From: Candidatus Omnitrophota bacterium
GTDB taxonomy: Bacteria > Omnitrophota > Gorgyraeia > JABMRG01
Reading direction: 5' to 3'
Length of the DNA: 64,000 nt
Assembly (NCBI GenBank): GCA_028716165.1
Contig: JAQUQI010000006.1
Coordinates: 9,401 to 73,400 of the forward strand
Position 1 is the stretch's first letter; the number at the start of each line of letters is the position of its first letter. Positions 51,437 to 60,256 of the stretch are shown here, in pieces. The position numbers were made by a program, and so were the translations under genes. A model generated the notes under the pieces. That model had not been told where the DNA came from and made no database searches. It saw only the letters and a list, made by a program, of their open reading frames with translations.

Positions 51437-52465
51437 ATGAAGAAAGTTGCAATATTAACAGGAGGCGGGGATTGCCCCGGGCTTAACCCTGTTATAAGAG
51501 CGGTTGTAAGAAAAGGCTTGCAGTTGGGTTATGATATCTTGGGCGTAAAAAACGGCTGGAAGGGTTTGATTGAAAACAGCACAATATCGCTTGATGCCAA
51601 TAGCACTTCCGGCATATTACATAGAGGCGGCACGATATTAGGCACGAGCAGGACCAATCCCTACAAAAAACCCGAAGACGTTAAAAAGGTCATAGAAAAC
51701 TATAAAAAATTAAAACTGGATGCTCTTATTGCCGTGGGCGGAGAAGATACGCTGGGCGTAGCTAATAAGCTCAACAAGGAAGGGCTCAATGTCGTGGGCG
51801 TGCCGAAAACAATAGATAATGACTTGAATGCCACTGATTTTACTTTTGGCTTTGACACGGCGATTAATATAGTCACGGAATGTATTGACAGGCTCCATAC
51901 AACGGCCGAAAGCCATCACAGGATAATTATATGCGAAGTTATGGGCCGTCACGCGGGCTGGATAGCCACGTATTCCGGTATAGCCGGCGGCGCCGATGTT
52001 ATATTAATACCCGAGAAGCCTATTGATATAAAAGAGGTCTGCGCCATACTTAATGAGCGGCACAAGAAAGGCAAACAGTTCAGTATTGTTGTTGTAGCTG
52101 AAGGCGCGCAGTTCAAAGAAGGCGATATGGTGCTTCAGGAAAATGCTCTTGATGCCTTTGGCCATGTCAGGCTTGGCGGTATAGGAAACCAGCTTGCCCA
52201 GATGATAGAAAAGCAAACAGGTTTTGAGACAAGAGCCACGGTGCTCGGACACATACAAAGAGGAGGATCCCCAACGGCCATGGACAGGGTCTTAGGAACA
52301 AGGTTTGGTGTTATGGCCATGGAGCTTGTCCATAGTAAAAAGTTTGGCAATATGGTCAGTTTGAGCGGAAGCAAAATTGTTGCAGTGCCTTTAAGCAAAG
52401 GCGTTGCCGAGCTCAAGACCGTTGATATGGACCTCTATGATGTGGCCAAGGTGTTTTTTGGGTAA
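51437..52465 (+). CDS. pfkA: 6-phosphofructokinase (ATP- or PPi-dependent PFK-A family)
   Basis: KKVAILTGGGDCPGLNPVIRAVV; GGEDTLG; PKTIDNDL; MGRHAGWIA. Confidence 0.9.
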   Translation: MKKVAILTGGGDCPGLNPVIRAVVRKGLQLGYDILGVKNGWKGLIENSTISLDANSTSGILHRGGTILGTSRTNPYKKPEDVKKVIENYKKLKLDALIAVGGEDTLGVANKLNKEGLNVVGVPKTIDNDLNATDFTFGFDTAINIVTECIDRLHTTAESHHRIIICEVMGRHAGWIATYSGIAGGADVILIPEKPIDIKEVCAILNERHKKGKQFSIVVVAEGAQFKEGDMVLQENALDAFGHVRLGGIGNQLAQMIEKQTGFETRATVLGHIQRGGSPTAMDRVLGTRFGVMAMELVHSKKFGNMVSLSGSKIVAVPLSKGVAELKTVDMDLYDVAKVFFG

Positions 52466-52476
52466 TACTCACTCTG

Positions 52477-52505
52477 CCAAACGGTATATTCCGGTTTGGT
52501 TTTAA
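52477..52505 (+). terminator. Putative intrinsic terminator after pfk
   Basis: ccaaacgg-tatatt-ccggtttgg followed by ttttaaag. Confidence 0.35.
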
Positions 52506-52602
52506 AGAGCAGGTATTGTTTATACGATACAGTTTTGATCCGGCTGAAGCGAATTTTTGTATTGCTCGGGGTCCGGATTGTTAAATATGACAGGAGTTTT
52601 GT

Positions 52603-53175
52603 ATGGCTGATTTAATAAAAGAAATTATTAAGGAGTCCATCAGGGTAAAAGAAGCTGTTTTGCAAAAAATGTCAAAACAGATAAAGACGGCCTCCGGTAT
52701 GATAGCAGTTACCCTTAAGAAGGGCGGCAAGGTTATATTGTTTGGAAACGGAGGCAGTGCCGCTGATTCGCAGCATATTGCCGCGGAATTTGTGGGCCGC
52801 TTTAAACTTGAAAGGCAGGGGTTGGCGGCGGTAGCCCTTACCACCAATACATCTATTATCACGTCTATAGCCAATGATTACGGGTATGAGGAAATATTTT
52901 CAAGGCAGATGGAGGCGGTGGGCTCTGATGATGATATGGTTATCGGCATATCAACGAGCGGAAATGCCAGAAACGTTATCGCCGGCCTTTTAGAGGCTAA
53001 GAAAATGGGGCTTAAGACCATAGCCTTGACGGGCTCTGGAGGCGGGGAGATGGCGACCATTGCCGATCTGGCATTAATAGTGCCTTCCGATAATACTGCC
53101 AGGATACAGGAAGCGCATATAGTAATAGGGCATATCATATGCGAACTTGCCGAGCAGAACCTGTTCGGTAAATAA
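52603..53175 (+). CDS. gmhA: Phosphoheptose isomerase (SIS domain)
   Basis: KKGGKVILFGNGGSAADSQHIAAEFVGRF...DMVIGISTSGNARNV. Confidence 0.85.
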   Translation: MADLIKEIIKESIRVKEAVLQKMSKQIKTASGMIAVTLKKGGKVILFGNGGSAADSQHIAAEFVGRFKLERQGLAAVALTTNTSIITSIANDYGYEEIFSRQMEAVGSDDDMVIGISTSGNARNVIAGLLEAKKMGLKTIALTGSGGGEMATIADLALIVPSDNTARIQEAHIVIGHIICELAEQNLFGK

Positions 53176-53217
53176 AAAAATTCAGATTTGTCACAAAGCG
53201 TGGATGGGCCTTCCGGT

Positions 53218-53709
53218 ATGTCGGATGCAAAGATCAAAAGCGCCGAAAGCTTAAAGGCGATAATAAGGCGGTTAAAACTTCAAGGCAAAAAAACGGCTTT
53301 TACGAACGGCTGTTTTGACATATTGCATTATGGGCATATAAAATATCTTGAAGAGGCAAAAAAAAACGCTGATATATTGATAGTTGCCGTAAACGATGAC
53401 GGCTCGGTAACAAGGTTAAAAGGCCTTGAACGCCCGATATGCCCATTGAAAGAAAGGATGGGTGTTCTGGCTGGTTTGTCAAGCGTGGATTTTGTGACAT
53501 CTTTCAGCCAGGATACTCCCTGCGACATAATCAAATATTTAAGGCCCGATATCATCTTGAAGGGCGCTGACTATAAGATTAAAGAGATAGCCGGCGCCGG
53601 GTTTGTGAAATCCTACGGCGGAAAAGTCCAAAGGATCAGATACCTAAAGGGATGCTCCGCCAGCGGCATAATCAAGCGGATATTGGCCCGTTACGGCAAA
53701 TTATCGTGA
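53218..53709 (+). CDS. D-glycero-beta-D-manno-heptose 1-phosphate adenylyltransferase (RfaE/HldE domain II-like cytidylyltransferase); start uncertain (TTG 53188, GTG 53200 or ATG 53218)
   Basis: KKTAFTNGCFDILHYGHIKYLEEAKKNADILIVAVNDD...LKGLERPI. Confidence 0.8.
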   Translation: MSDAKIKSAESLKAIIRRLKLQGKKTAFTNGCFDILHYGHIKYLEEAKKNADILIVAVNDDGSVTRLKGLERPICPLKERMGVLAGLSSVDFVTSFSQDTPCDIIKYLRPDIILKGADYKIKEIAGAGFVKSYGGKVQRIRYLKGCSASGIIKRILARYGKLS

Positions 53710-54122
53710 TTGATAAAAATGTTTTACGTATTATTGACGCCAATATCAATAGGGCCGCCGAAGGCTTGAGGGTCTGTGAGGACATTATACGTTTTATGTT
53801 CAATGACGCGGCCTTAACGAAGGGTTTGAAAAGATTAAGGCACCGCGTATTGGATATAATTAATTCTTCCGGCATATCCAGGTCTTTATTGCATAATTCA
53901 CGAGATGCCAAGGGTGACTGCGGTAGCGATTTTTCCGTTCTTGAAAACAGACGGTCTTGCGAAGGAGTTTTTTTTGCTAATATGCAAAGGGCCAAGGAGG
54001 CATTGCGTGTTCTTGAGGAGTTTTTGAAATTATATAAGACTTCAGCCGGCAGGCGTTTTAAATCCGTCAGATTTGAACTTTACGCCGAAGAAAAGAGATT
54101 AACGGAAAAATATTTTAAATGA
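53706..54122 (+). CDS. Conserved hypothetical protein translationally coupled between rfaE and thiC (GTG start in a GTGA overlap)
   Basis: 138-aa ORF; LRIIDANINRAAEGLRVCEDIIRFMFND...; no family confidently recognised. Confidence 0.4.
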   Translation: MIDKNVLRIIDANINRAAEGLRVCEDIIRFMFNDAALTKGLKRLRHRVLDIINSSGISRSLLHNSRDAKGDCGSDFSVLENRRSCEGVFFANMQRAKEALRVLEEFLKLYKTSAGRRFKSVRFELYAEEKRLTEKYFK

Positions 54123-55393
54123 CACAGATTGAGCGCGCGAAAAAGAACCAGATAACAGACCTTGTCAGGTTGGCAGCGAAAAGAGAGGGCGTTTCCGGAA
54201 GGTTTATTTCCAGCGGCCTTAAAAATGGCACCATTGTAATGCCGTGCAATAAGAAACGCCGCCTTAAGAGTCCCTGCGCCATAGGCGCAGGACTGCGTAC
54301 AAAGATAAATGCCAATATAGGGGCCTCTTCCTATGTGGGTTCGGTTAAAGAGGAGCTTAAAAAACTGGATATCTGCCTCAAATACTATGCCGACACTGTA
54401 ATGGATCTTAGCACAAGCTCCGACCTTCGCAGTATACGAAACGCTATCCTTGCCCGGTCCGCCATACCTGTCGGCACCGTGCCTATTTATGAAACCGCAG
54501 TGAACATGAAAGCAAAAGGGCTTAGGTTTTCCGACGCTTCTTTAAGCGATATTCTTGATGCTATAGAATCTCAAGCCAAAGAAGGAGTTGATTTTTTTAC
54601 CATCCATGCCGGGGTCACAAGGGCTGTGATAAATATCCTGAAAAAAAACAGGCGTATCGCCGGTATTGTCAGCAGGGGCGGCGCTTTGATGGCCGATTGG
54701 ATGTCAGCGAATAAAAAAGAAAACCCTCTTTATGAGCATTTTGACAGGGTTATAGCGATAGCAAAGGAATTTGATATATGCTTAAGTTTAGGTGACGGAC
54801 TGCGGCCCGGTTCCGTATGCGACGCCTCCGATAAGGCGCAGATCGCGGAATTGAAAACATTAGGCGCTCTGGCCCGGCAAGCCCTCGCTTGCGGCGTCCA
54901 GGTCATGATAGAAGGCCCGGGCCATGTCCCCATTAATCAGATTGAGTTTAACATGAAGATGCAGAAAAGGATATGCAACAATGCGCCGTTTTACGTGCTT
55001 GGGCCCCTTGTGACCGACGTATCGCCGGGTTATGACCACATATCATCAGCGATAGGCGCCGCTATGGCAGGTTATTATGGAGCTGATTTTCTTTGCTATG
55101 TAACTCCGGCCGAGCATCTAAGTATTCCTACGATTGAGGATGTCAAAGAGGGCCTGATAGCTTATAAGATTGCCGCTCATAGCGCTGATATTGCCAAAGG
55201 GGTAAAAGGGGCCATGGAATGGGACAAGGCGATATCTGTTTTCCGCAGGAAGAGAGACTGGAAAAGGCATATAAAATTATCTCTTGATCCCGATAAAGCG
55301 GATAAGCTCCATAAGAGGTTTTATACCAGGAAGACGGACTTATGTACTATGTGCGGAGAATATTGCCCGCTTAAGATATTGGAGGATATTTGA
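54119..55393 (+). CDS. thiC: Phosphomethylpyrimidine synthase ThiC (short, anaerobe-type)
   Basis: MTQIERAKKNQIT...GLRTKINANIGASS...ADTVMDLSTSSDL...GTVPIYE; C-terminal CTMCGEYCPLK Fe-S motif. Confidence 0.9.
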   Translation: MTQIERAKKNQITDLVRLAAKREGVSGRFISSGLKNGTIVMPCNKKRRLKSPCAIGAGLRTKINANIGASSYVGSVKEELKKLDICLKYYADTVMDLSTSSDLRSIRNAILARSAIPVGTVPIYETAVNMKAKGLRFSDASLSDILDAIESQAKEGVDFFTIHAGVTRAVINILKKNRRIAGIVSRGGALMADWMSANKKENPLYEHFDRVIAIAKEFDICLSLGDGLRPGSVCDASDKAQIAELKTLGALARQALACGVQVMIEGPGHVPINQIEFNMKMQKRICNNAPFYVLGPLVTDVSPGYDHISSAIGAAMAGYYGADFLCYVTPAEHLSIPTIEDVKEGLIAYKIAAHSADIAKGVKGAMEWDKAISVFRRKRDWKRHIKLSLDPDKADKLHKRFYTRKTDLCTMCGEYCPLKILEDI

Positions 55394-56289
55394 TGGCTAT
55401 TGTGGTAATAGGGACAGTAGCTATTGATAATGTCACAACGCCTTATGGCAGGAATAAAAATGCCCCTGGAGGGTCTGCGACTTATTTTTCACTGTCCGCG
55501 TCTTATTTTGCGGGAGTGAAACTGGTAGCTGTTGTCGGAGATGATTTCCCCGGTAAATATTTGAATCTTTTCCGAAAAAAGAATATTGATACCGAAGGGT
55601 TAGAAGCAATGCCCGGCAAAAGCTTCAGGTGGGAGGGCGCCTATGACAAAGACCTTGATGGAGCAAGGACCATAGCGACCCACTTAAACCTTCTCAATAG
55701 TTTTGACCCGAAAATACCCAATTCCTATAAAAATGAAAGCGTTCTTTTTTTGGCAAATATTGATCCGGAACTTCAATTGTCCGTATTGGCACAGACGAAG
55801 GCAAGGTTGGTTGCCGCTGATACCATGAATTTTTGGATAAAGAATAAACCTAAAGCCCTGCTGAAAGTTTTGAAGAAGCTTGATATGTTGTTTATCAACG
55901 AACACGAGGCGCGCCAGCTTACATTGGAAAACAACTTGCTCAAAGCCGGCCGAAAGATCATTTCATTAGGCGCCGGCAGGGTCATAATAAAAAAGGGCTC
56001 TAACGGGTCATTTTTCATATCGGAAAATTGCTCATTTTCATGCCCAGCATTTCCTATGGAAAATGTGATAGATCCAACCGGCGCGGGCGATACATTTGCG
56101 GGAGGGGTCCTGGGTTATCTTGCCAGAGAGAACAGGTTTAATGATTCCGCGGTCAAAAGGTCGCTTGCTTACGGCAGTGTCATGGCTTCGTTTGCCGTTG
56201 AGGACTATGATGTCAAAAGCCTCGGCAGTCAGGATAAGACGGCAATATCGGCAAGATACAAGTTTTTTATCAAGAGTTGTTCTTTTTAA
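55390..56289 (+). CDS. PfkB-family (ribokinase-like) carbohydrate/nucleoside kinase
   Basis: C-terminal DPTGAGDTFAGGVLGYL catalytic motif; ATGATG overlap with thiC. Confidence 0.75.
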   Translation: MMAIVVIGTVAIDNVTTPYGRNKNAPGGSATYFSLSASYFAGVKLVAVVGDDFPGKYLNLFRKKNIDTEGLEAMPGKSFRWEGAYDKDLDGARTIATHLNLLNSFDPKIPNSYKNESVLFLANIDPELQLSVLAQTKARLVAADTMNFWIKNKPKALLKVLKKLDMLFINEHEARQLTLENNLLKAGRKIISLGAGRVIIKKGSNGSFFISENCSFSCPAFPMENVIDPTGAGDTFAGGVLGYLARENRFNDSAVKRSLAYGSVMASFAVEDYDVKSLGSQDKTAISARYKFFIKSCSF

Positions 56290-56305
56290 GAATCCGCTAT
56301 CTTAG

Positions 56306-56380
56306 GCGGGGGTAATTCAGTGGTAGAATGCAAGCTTCCCAAGCTTGACGTCGCGGGTTCGAGTCCCGTTCCCCGCTCCA
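56306..56380 (+). tRNA. tRNA-Gly (anticodon CCC), CCA encoded
   Basis: GCGGGGG-TA-ATTC-AGTGGTA-GAAT-G-CAAGC-TTCCCAA-GCTTG-ACGTC-GCGGG-TTCGAGT-CCCGT-TCCCCGC-T-CCA folds as a 75-nt cloverleaf. Confidence 0.88.
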
Positions 56381-56408
56381 TTGATTTTTAGGAGAGAGGT
56401 TTTTTAAG
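56361..56408 (+). repeat. Direct repeat copy 1: tRNA-Gly 3' half (T-loop to CCA) plus 28 nt of downstream flank
   Basis: gagtcccgttccccgctccattgatttttaggagagaggttttttaag. Confidence 0.85.
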
Positions 56409-56502
56409 GGACTCGAATAGAGCCCTGTAATAAAATGCGACAATAGAAGCATTTTAAGGGCGAATGGCCGACCCGGAACGAACGAAGTGAGTAAAGGGCG
56501 CC

Positions 56503-56550
56503 GAGTCCCGTTCCCCGCTCCATTGATTTTTAGGAGAGAGGTTTTTTAAG
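56503..56550 (+). repeat. Direct repeat copy 2: exact 48-bp duplicate of the tRNA-Gly 3' end and flank, 142 bp downstream
   Basis: Identical 48-mer; preceded by gggcgcc, which mimics the T-stem 5' side. Confidence 0.85.
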
Positions 56551-56567
56551 CATTCTATTAGTTTATT

Positions 56568-57263
56568 ATGTCGTTTGAAAAATTTATGCTGAATAATATT
56601 TCTGCGTTCATATTCATTTCAATATTATGCAGTGGATGCGCTTCAACAAGTTCTTCAGGGCGCACACTGTCTTCTTTGGAATTGTATCCAAGCGGCATAT
56701 ATCATACCGCAGCCAGGAACGAAACATTGTGGAGTATCGCTAAGGCGTATGATGTTGATATAAACTGTATTGTTGATGCCAACGGAATCAATAACCCTTC
56801 GCTTATTAGGCAGGGCCAGGATATATTTATACCGGGCGCTAAAAAGCATATTACGGCTTCACCTGTTGTTTCTCCCGGCCGCGTCAGTAAGACGGGTTAT
56901 GTATGGCCTGTCTATGGCGGCGTGATATCGTATTTTGGCTCAATTGCAAACCATGTGAAGAATAAAGGTATTGATATAGCCGCAGACCATAATAGCCCTG
57001 TCGTGGCCTCCCGCGCCGGCAGGGTTGTATTTTCTGACGATAAAGTCAAGGGTATGGGCAAGACGCTTATCATAGACCATGGTGACGGTTACTCCACCCT
57101 TTACGCTTACAATACGGAAAATCTTGTATGTTCAGGAGAAAATGTCCGGCAGAGTCAGGTGATAGCCAGGTCCGGATGCTCGGCCAGATCCAGACGACCG
57201 AGCCTGCACTTTCAGGTACGCAAAGGCCATGAACCCGTAAACCCTTATTATTATTTGCCATGA
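56568..57263 (+). CDS. NlpD-like lipoprotein with LysM and M23 (LytM) peptidase domains
   Basis: Lipobox ILCSGCAS; LysM YHTAARNETLWSIAKAYDVDINCIVDANGI...IFIPG; M23 GIDIAADHNSPVVASRAGRVVFSD...TLIIDHGDGYSTLYAYN. Confidence 0.85.
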   Translation: MSFEKFMLNNISAFIFISILCSGCASTSSSGRTLSSLELYPSGIYHTAARNETLWSIAKAYDVDINCIVDANGINNPSLIRQGQDIFIPGAKKHITASPVVSPGRVSKTGYVWPVYGGVISYFGSIANHVKNKGIDIAADHNSPVVASRAGRVVFSDDKVKGMGKTLIIDHGDGYSTLYAYNTENLVCSGENVRQSQVIARSGCSARSRRPSLHFQVRKGHEPVNPYYYLP

Positions 57264-58894
57264 AACATTATACCGAACCGGTCATAGGCAGGGAATTTTT
57301 CGCCAGAGAAGATATCTTATCCAATCTTGAGAAAAGCGCGCATAATCTTAAGATGGGTTATAGGCAGAATATCTCTATTATTGGCACGAGCCTTATTGGA
57401 AAGAGTTCCCTACTGCTCAATTTTTTAAACAGATTAAGTGCTGACAGGGACATATTGCCGGTATACGTTGACCTGCATTCAGGCGGCACGAAGGATTTTA
57501 TAGCGAATTTTATAAAAAGCGCTTTTTACAACGCGCTTAAAAAACGAGCTGTTATAATTCAGTCCGCGGATATTGACGGCATACTTGCCGCATCCAGATG
57601 CGCATTCCCCAAGAGTTGCGACCTGGCGGAGAGGATATTTGCTCTTGCCGGTGAGGGTAATATTGACGACGCTTTTTCGGAGGTATGGGATATCCCGGCT
57701 TTTTTATCCGCCGAGTCAGGTTGTTTTATCGTAATAGTCGTGGATGAGTTTGACCGTTTCGCCTATTTCGGAATTGACAGGCCGTATCAAATACTTGGCC
57801 GCAAGATAATGGTCCAGCAGAAGACACTTTTTGTGTTTTCAAGTTCAGCCTCCGTCAGCGCCAAAAAGATATTAGATCAAAAACTCTCACTTCTCTTTGG
57901 CGGATTTAAGATAATTGACATAGGCCCTTTTAACACGGCCCAGTCCAAAGACTTTATCCTTACCATGACCAAGGGCATAAAGATACCTAAAACCTTAGTG
58001 GATTTTATTGTTTTATTTACCGGAGGCCATCCGTTTTATTTAAGCATAATTATTGATAAAATACGTTTTGCCAATACCTGCGGAGCTGGCAGTATAACGG
58101 CCAAAACCTTAAGCAGTATTATTTCCGAACAACTTTTTTCCCCGGCCGGACTTTTTAATCAGTTCTTTCATGAGACTGTAAAAAGAGCCGCTCCGGCAGA
58201 GTCGGATATCAGCGTCATGGATGTATTAAGGACATTTGTCAAGACCGGATGTTTCTCAGAGATCTTGAACAGAAACACAGTCTCCGCTTCGCAACTCTGC
58301 GCTATTGTTGATAATTTTATGGAATTGGGTTTTATGCAGAAAAGCGGCAGTCTCTACGCTATAACAGACCCGATGTTCAGGGTGTGGGTTGAGGTCAAAT
58401 CAAACCCGCGTAATCTTTGTTTTGATTTTGTGCCCAGACAGGAATGGGACGATTGCCCGGCACAGATTGAAAACAGGATAGCGGTTTTTAGGTCTGAACA
58501 ACAAAAGAGCATCGGCAGCAGGGTCGTAGAGTTATTGCGCTTATTTGATAATGACCAGTTTTTTATTGACGAGAGAGTTCGTTTATTGCCGAGGATTGAA
58601 CAGATCGGCCTGAAAAAACGTCAAGGGTATGATATGCTTAAGGCCAGGACCATGAAAAAAGCCTGCGTGTTTGCCTTGTTTTATAAAATAATAGACGAAG
58701 AAGCTGTCATGGAAATAGCGCAGACTCTTAGAGAGGACAAAACCGGCAGGCCGAAAGTTGTTTTGATAGCGTATTGGGGCATAGAGCCTGCCGCGCGGCT
58801 TTTGGCAAAGCAAAGATTGTTTTGCGTTTGGGACAAACCGGACATCTCCAGGTTATTTAATTTTTATAAAGGTTATAATTATCTTATAGCTTGA
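57260..58894 (+). CDS. Arch_ATPase-type AAA/P-loop NTPase with DUF234-like C-terminal region
   Basis: PVIGREFFAREDILSNLEK...NISIIGTSLIGKSSLL (Walker A), IVIVVDEFD (Walker B); 544 aa; ATGA overlap with the NlpD-like gene. Confidence 0.65.
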   Translation: MKHYTEPVIGREFFAREDILSNLEKSAHNLKMGYRQNISIIGTSLIGKSSLLLNFLNRLSADRDILPVYVDLHSGGTKDFIANFIKSAFYNALKKRAVIIQSADIDGILAASRCAFPKSCDLAERIFALAGEGNIDDAFSEVWDIPAFLSAESGCFIVIVVDEFDRFAYFGIDRPYQILGRKIMVQQKTLFVFSSSASVSAKKILDQKLSLLFGGFKIIDIGPFNTAQSKDFILTMTKGIKIPKTLVDFIVLFTGGHPFYLSIIIDKIRFANTCGAGSITAKTLSSIISEQLFSPAGLFNQFFHETVKRAAPAESDISVMDVLRTFVKTGCFSEILNRNTVSASQLCAIVDNFMELGFMQKSGSLYAITDPMFRVWVEVKSNPRNLCFDFVPRQEWDDCPAQIENRIAVFRSEQQKSIGSRVVELLRLFDNDQFFIDERVRLLPRIEQIGLKKRQGYDMLKARTMKKACVFALFYKIIDEEAVMEIAQTLREDKTGRPKVVLIAYWGIEPAARLLAKQRLFCVWDKPDISRLFNFYKGYNYLIA

Positions 58895-58929
58895 TACGGG
58901 TATTTTTGACACAAGGAAAAGCCGCAGGG

Positions 58930-59433
58930 ATGGACAATTCAGGCATATTGAAAGTAGCGGTATTATCGGATACGCACATGCCGGCGAATGCGCCGGCTTT
59001 ACCCGCGCCTTTAACCGAGGCGCTTAAAGGCGCTGACTTTATATTGCATGCCGGTGATTTTACAGAGGAATATGTTATCACAGAGCTTGAAAAAATTGCT
59101 CCTCTTATCTGCGTAGCCGGTAACATGGATTCGCCCGCGATAAAAAGAAAATATCCTGTAAAAAGAATAGTCAACATAGGCAATTTCAGGCTGGGCCTTA
59201 TCCACGGCTGCGGGGCCCCCGACAAGGTCATAGATTATGCTATGGAAATATTTAAGGGCGAAAATCTTGACTGCATTGTGCACGGGCACTCGCATATTCC
59301 GGCTATTGAAAGTATCGGTAACGCGCTGTATGTATGCCCCGGCAGTCCTACGGATCAGGTATTCGCGCCTTACAATTCATATATCGTGCTTGAGCTCGGA
59401 AGCCAGATTAACCCTAAAATAATAAGGCTTTGA
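58930..59433 (+). CDS. YfcE/MJ0936-family metallophosphoesterase (a TTG at 58891 in a 4-nt overlap is an alternative start)
   Basis: KVAVLSDTHMP...ILHAGDFTEE...CVAGNMD...GHSHIP calcineurin-like motifs. Confidence 0.8.
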   Translation: MDNSGILKVAVLSDTHMPANAPALPAPLTEALKGADFILHAGDFTEEYVITELEKIAPLICVAGNMDSPAIKRKYPVKRIVNIGNFRLGLIHGCGAPDKVIDYAMEIFKGENLDCIVHGHSHIPAIESIGNALYVCPGSPTDQVFAPYNSYIVLELGSQINPKIIRL

Positions 59434-59434
59434 C

Positions 59435-60256
59435 ATGACCGTAAAAGGCATACCAATAATACTGGTTGAAAAGGAAACTCTTCCCGAAGCGTGGGAAGAG
59501 GCTGTTATCAGGACATGGCAGGAGGGCGTTTCCGTCAGGACAGAGTATGATAAGCCGAATGATCCGTTGAGCAGAGATTGCACAATGGTGATTGTCGTCA
59601 ACGCCCCATTTAAGGAGCCGCGTATACACAGGGCTTTCCCGGGAGGGCTTGACAGCCTTGAAGTCTATCGCCAAGAGGTTGTTTACGGCATACACGACCA
59701 TTGGATAGCGCCGGAAGAAGGCAAGTGGACATATACCTATCATCAAAGGCTTTTTTCATATAAAAGCGAAAGCGGTTTTATTGATCAAATGGATTATATA
59801 GTTGAGAAATTAAGCAAAAACGGCCATTCCCGCAGGGCCCAGGCCATCACATGGGATCCTGAATTGGATGTATCAACAGACGATCCGCCGTGCTTGCAGA
59901 GGGTGTGGTTCAGGGTAACGGAAGATAAAGGGGAGCTTCTTCTTAATATGAATACGCATTGGCGTTCAAGGGACGGTTTCAAGGCGGCTTTTATGAATAT
60001 GTTCGCTTTGACGGACCTGCAAAGGATTATTGCCGAGAAAATATCGGACAAAACCGGTAATAAGATAGGCCTCGGCCGTTACGCGGACATAACCGACAGT
60101 TTTCATATTTACGGCAGTTATTATGACAGTTTTGAAGGATTTCTCCAGCTGACGCGAAAACGCGATTTTAGCCAAAGGGTATGGGAGAGCGGTTTTGCCC
60201 AGCCTTTTTTTGATGAAGCCCGCGCGAAAATTGAACGTGAAAGAGGTATTACATGA
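59435..60256 (+). CDS. Thymidylate synthase ThyA-family protein, divergent (archaeal-like)
   Basis: RRAQAITWDPELDVSTDDPPCLQRVWFRV aligns to the ThyA RRxIxSAWNPxDLxxMALPPCHxxxQFYV nucleophile region; WRSRDGFKAAFMNMFA aligns to QRSxDxFLGxPFNIASY; DSFHIYGS aligns to GDTHLY. Confidence 0.7.
   Translation: MTVKGIPIILVEKETLPEAWEEAVIRTWQEGVSVRTEYDKPNDPLSRDCTMVIVVNAPFKEPRIHRAFPGGLDSLEVYRQEVVYGIHDHWIAPEEGKWTYTYHQRLFSYKSESGFIDQMDYIVEKLSKNGHSRRAQAITWDPELDVSTDDPPCLQRVWFRVTEDKGELLLNMNTHWRSRDGFKAAFMNMFALTDLQRIIAEKISDKTGNKIGLGRYADITDSFHIYGSYYDSFEGFLQLTRKRDFSQRVWESGFAQPFFDEARAKIERERGIT

Noticed and set aside
52466-52602. Possible TPP riboswitch upstream of the gmhA-thiC operon
   Set aside because: No CUGAGA/THI-box core or characteristic pyrimidine-sensing helix is visible in the sequence.
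56306-56567. Expectation of an integrase or mobile element next to the duplicated tRNA-Gly 3' end
   Set aside because: No tyrosine/serine recombinase, transposase or phage gene is present within the window. Only the 48-bp direct repeats remain, so no mobile_element feature is called.
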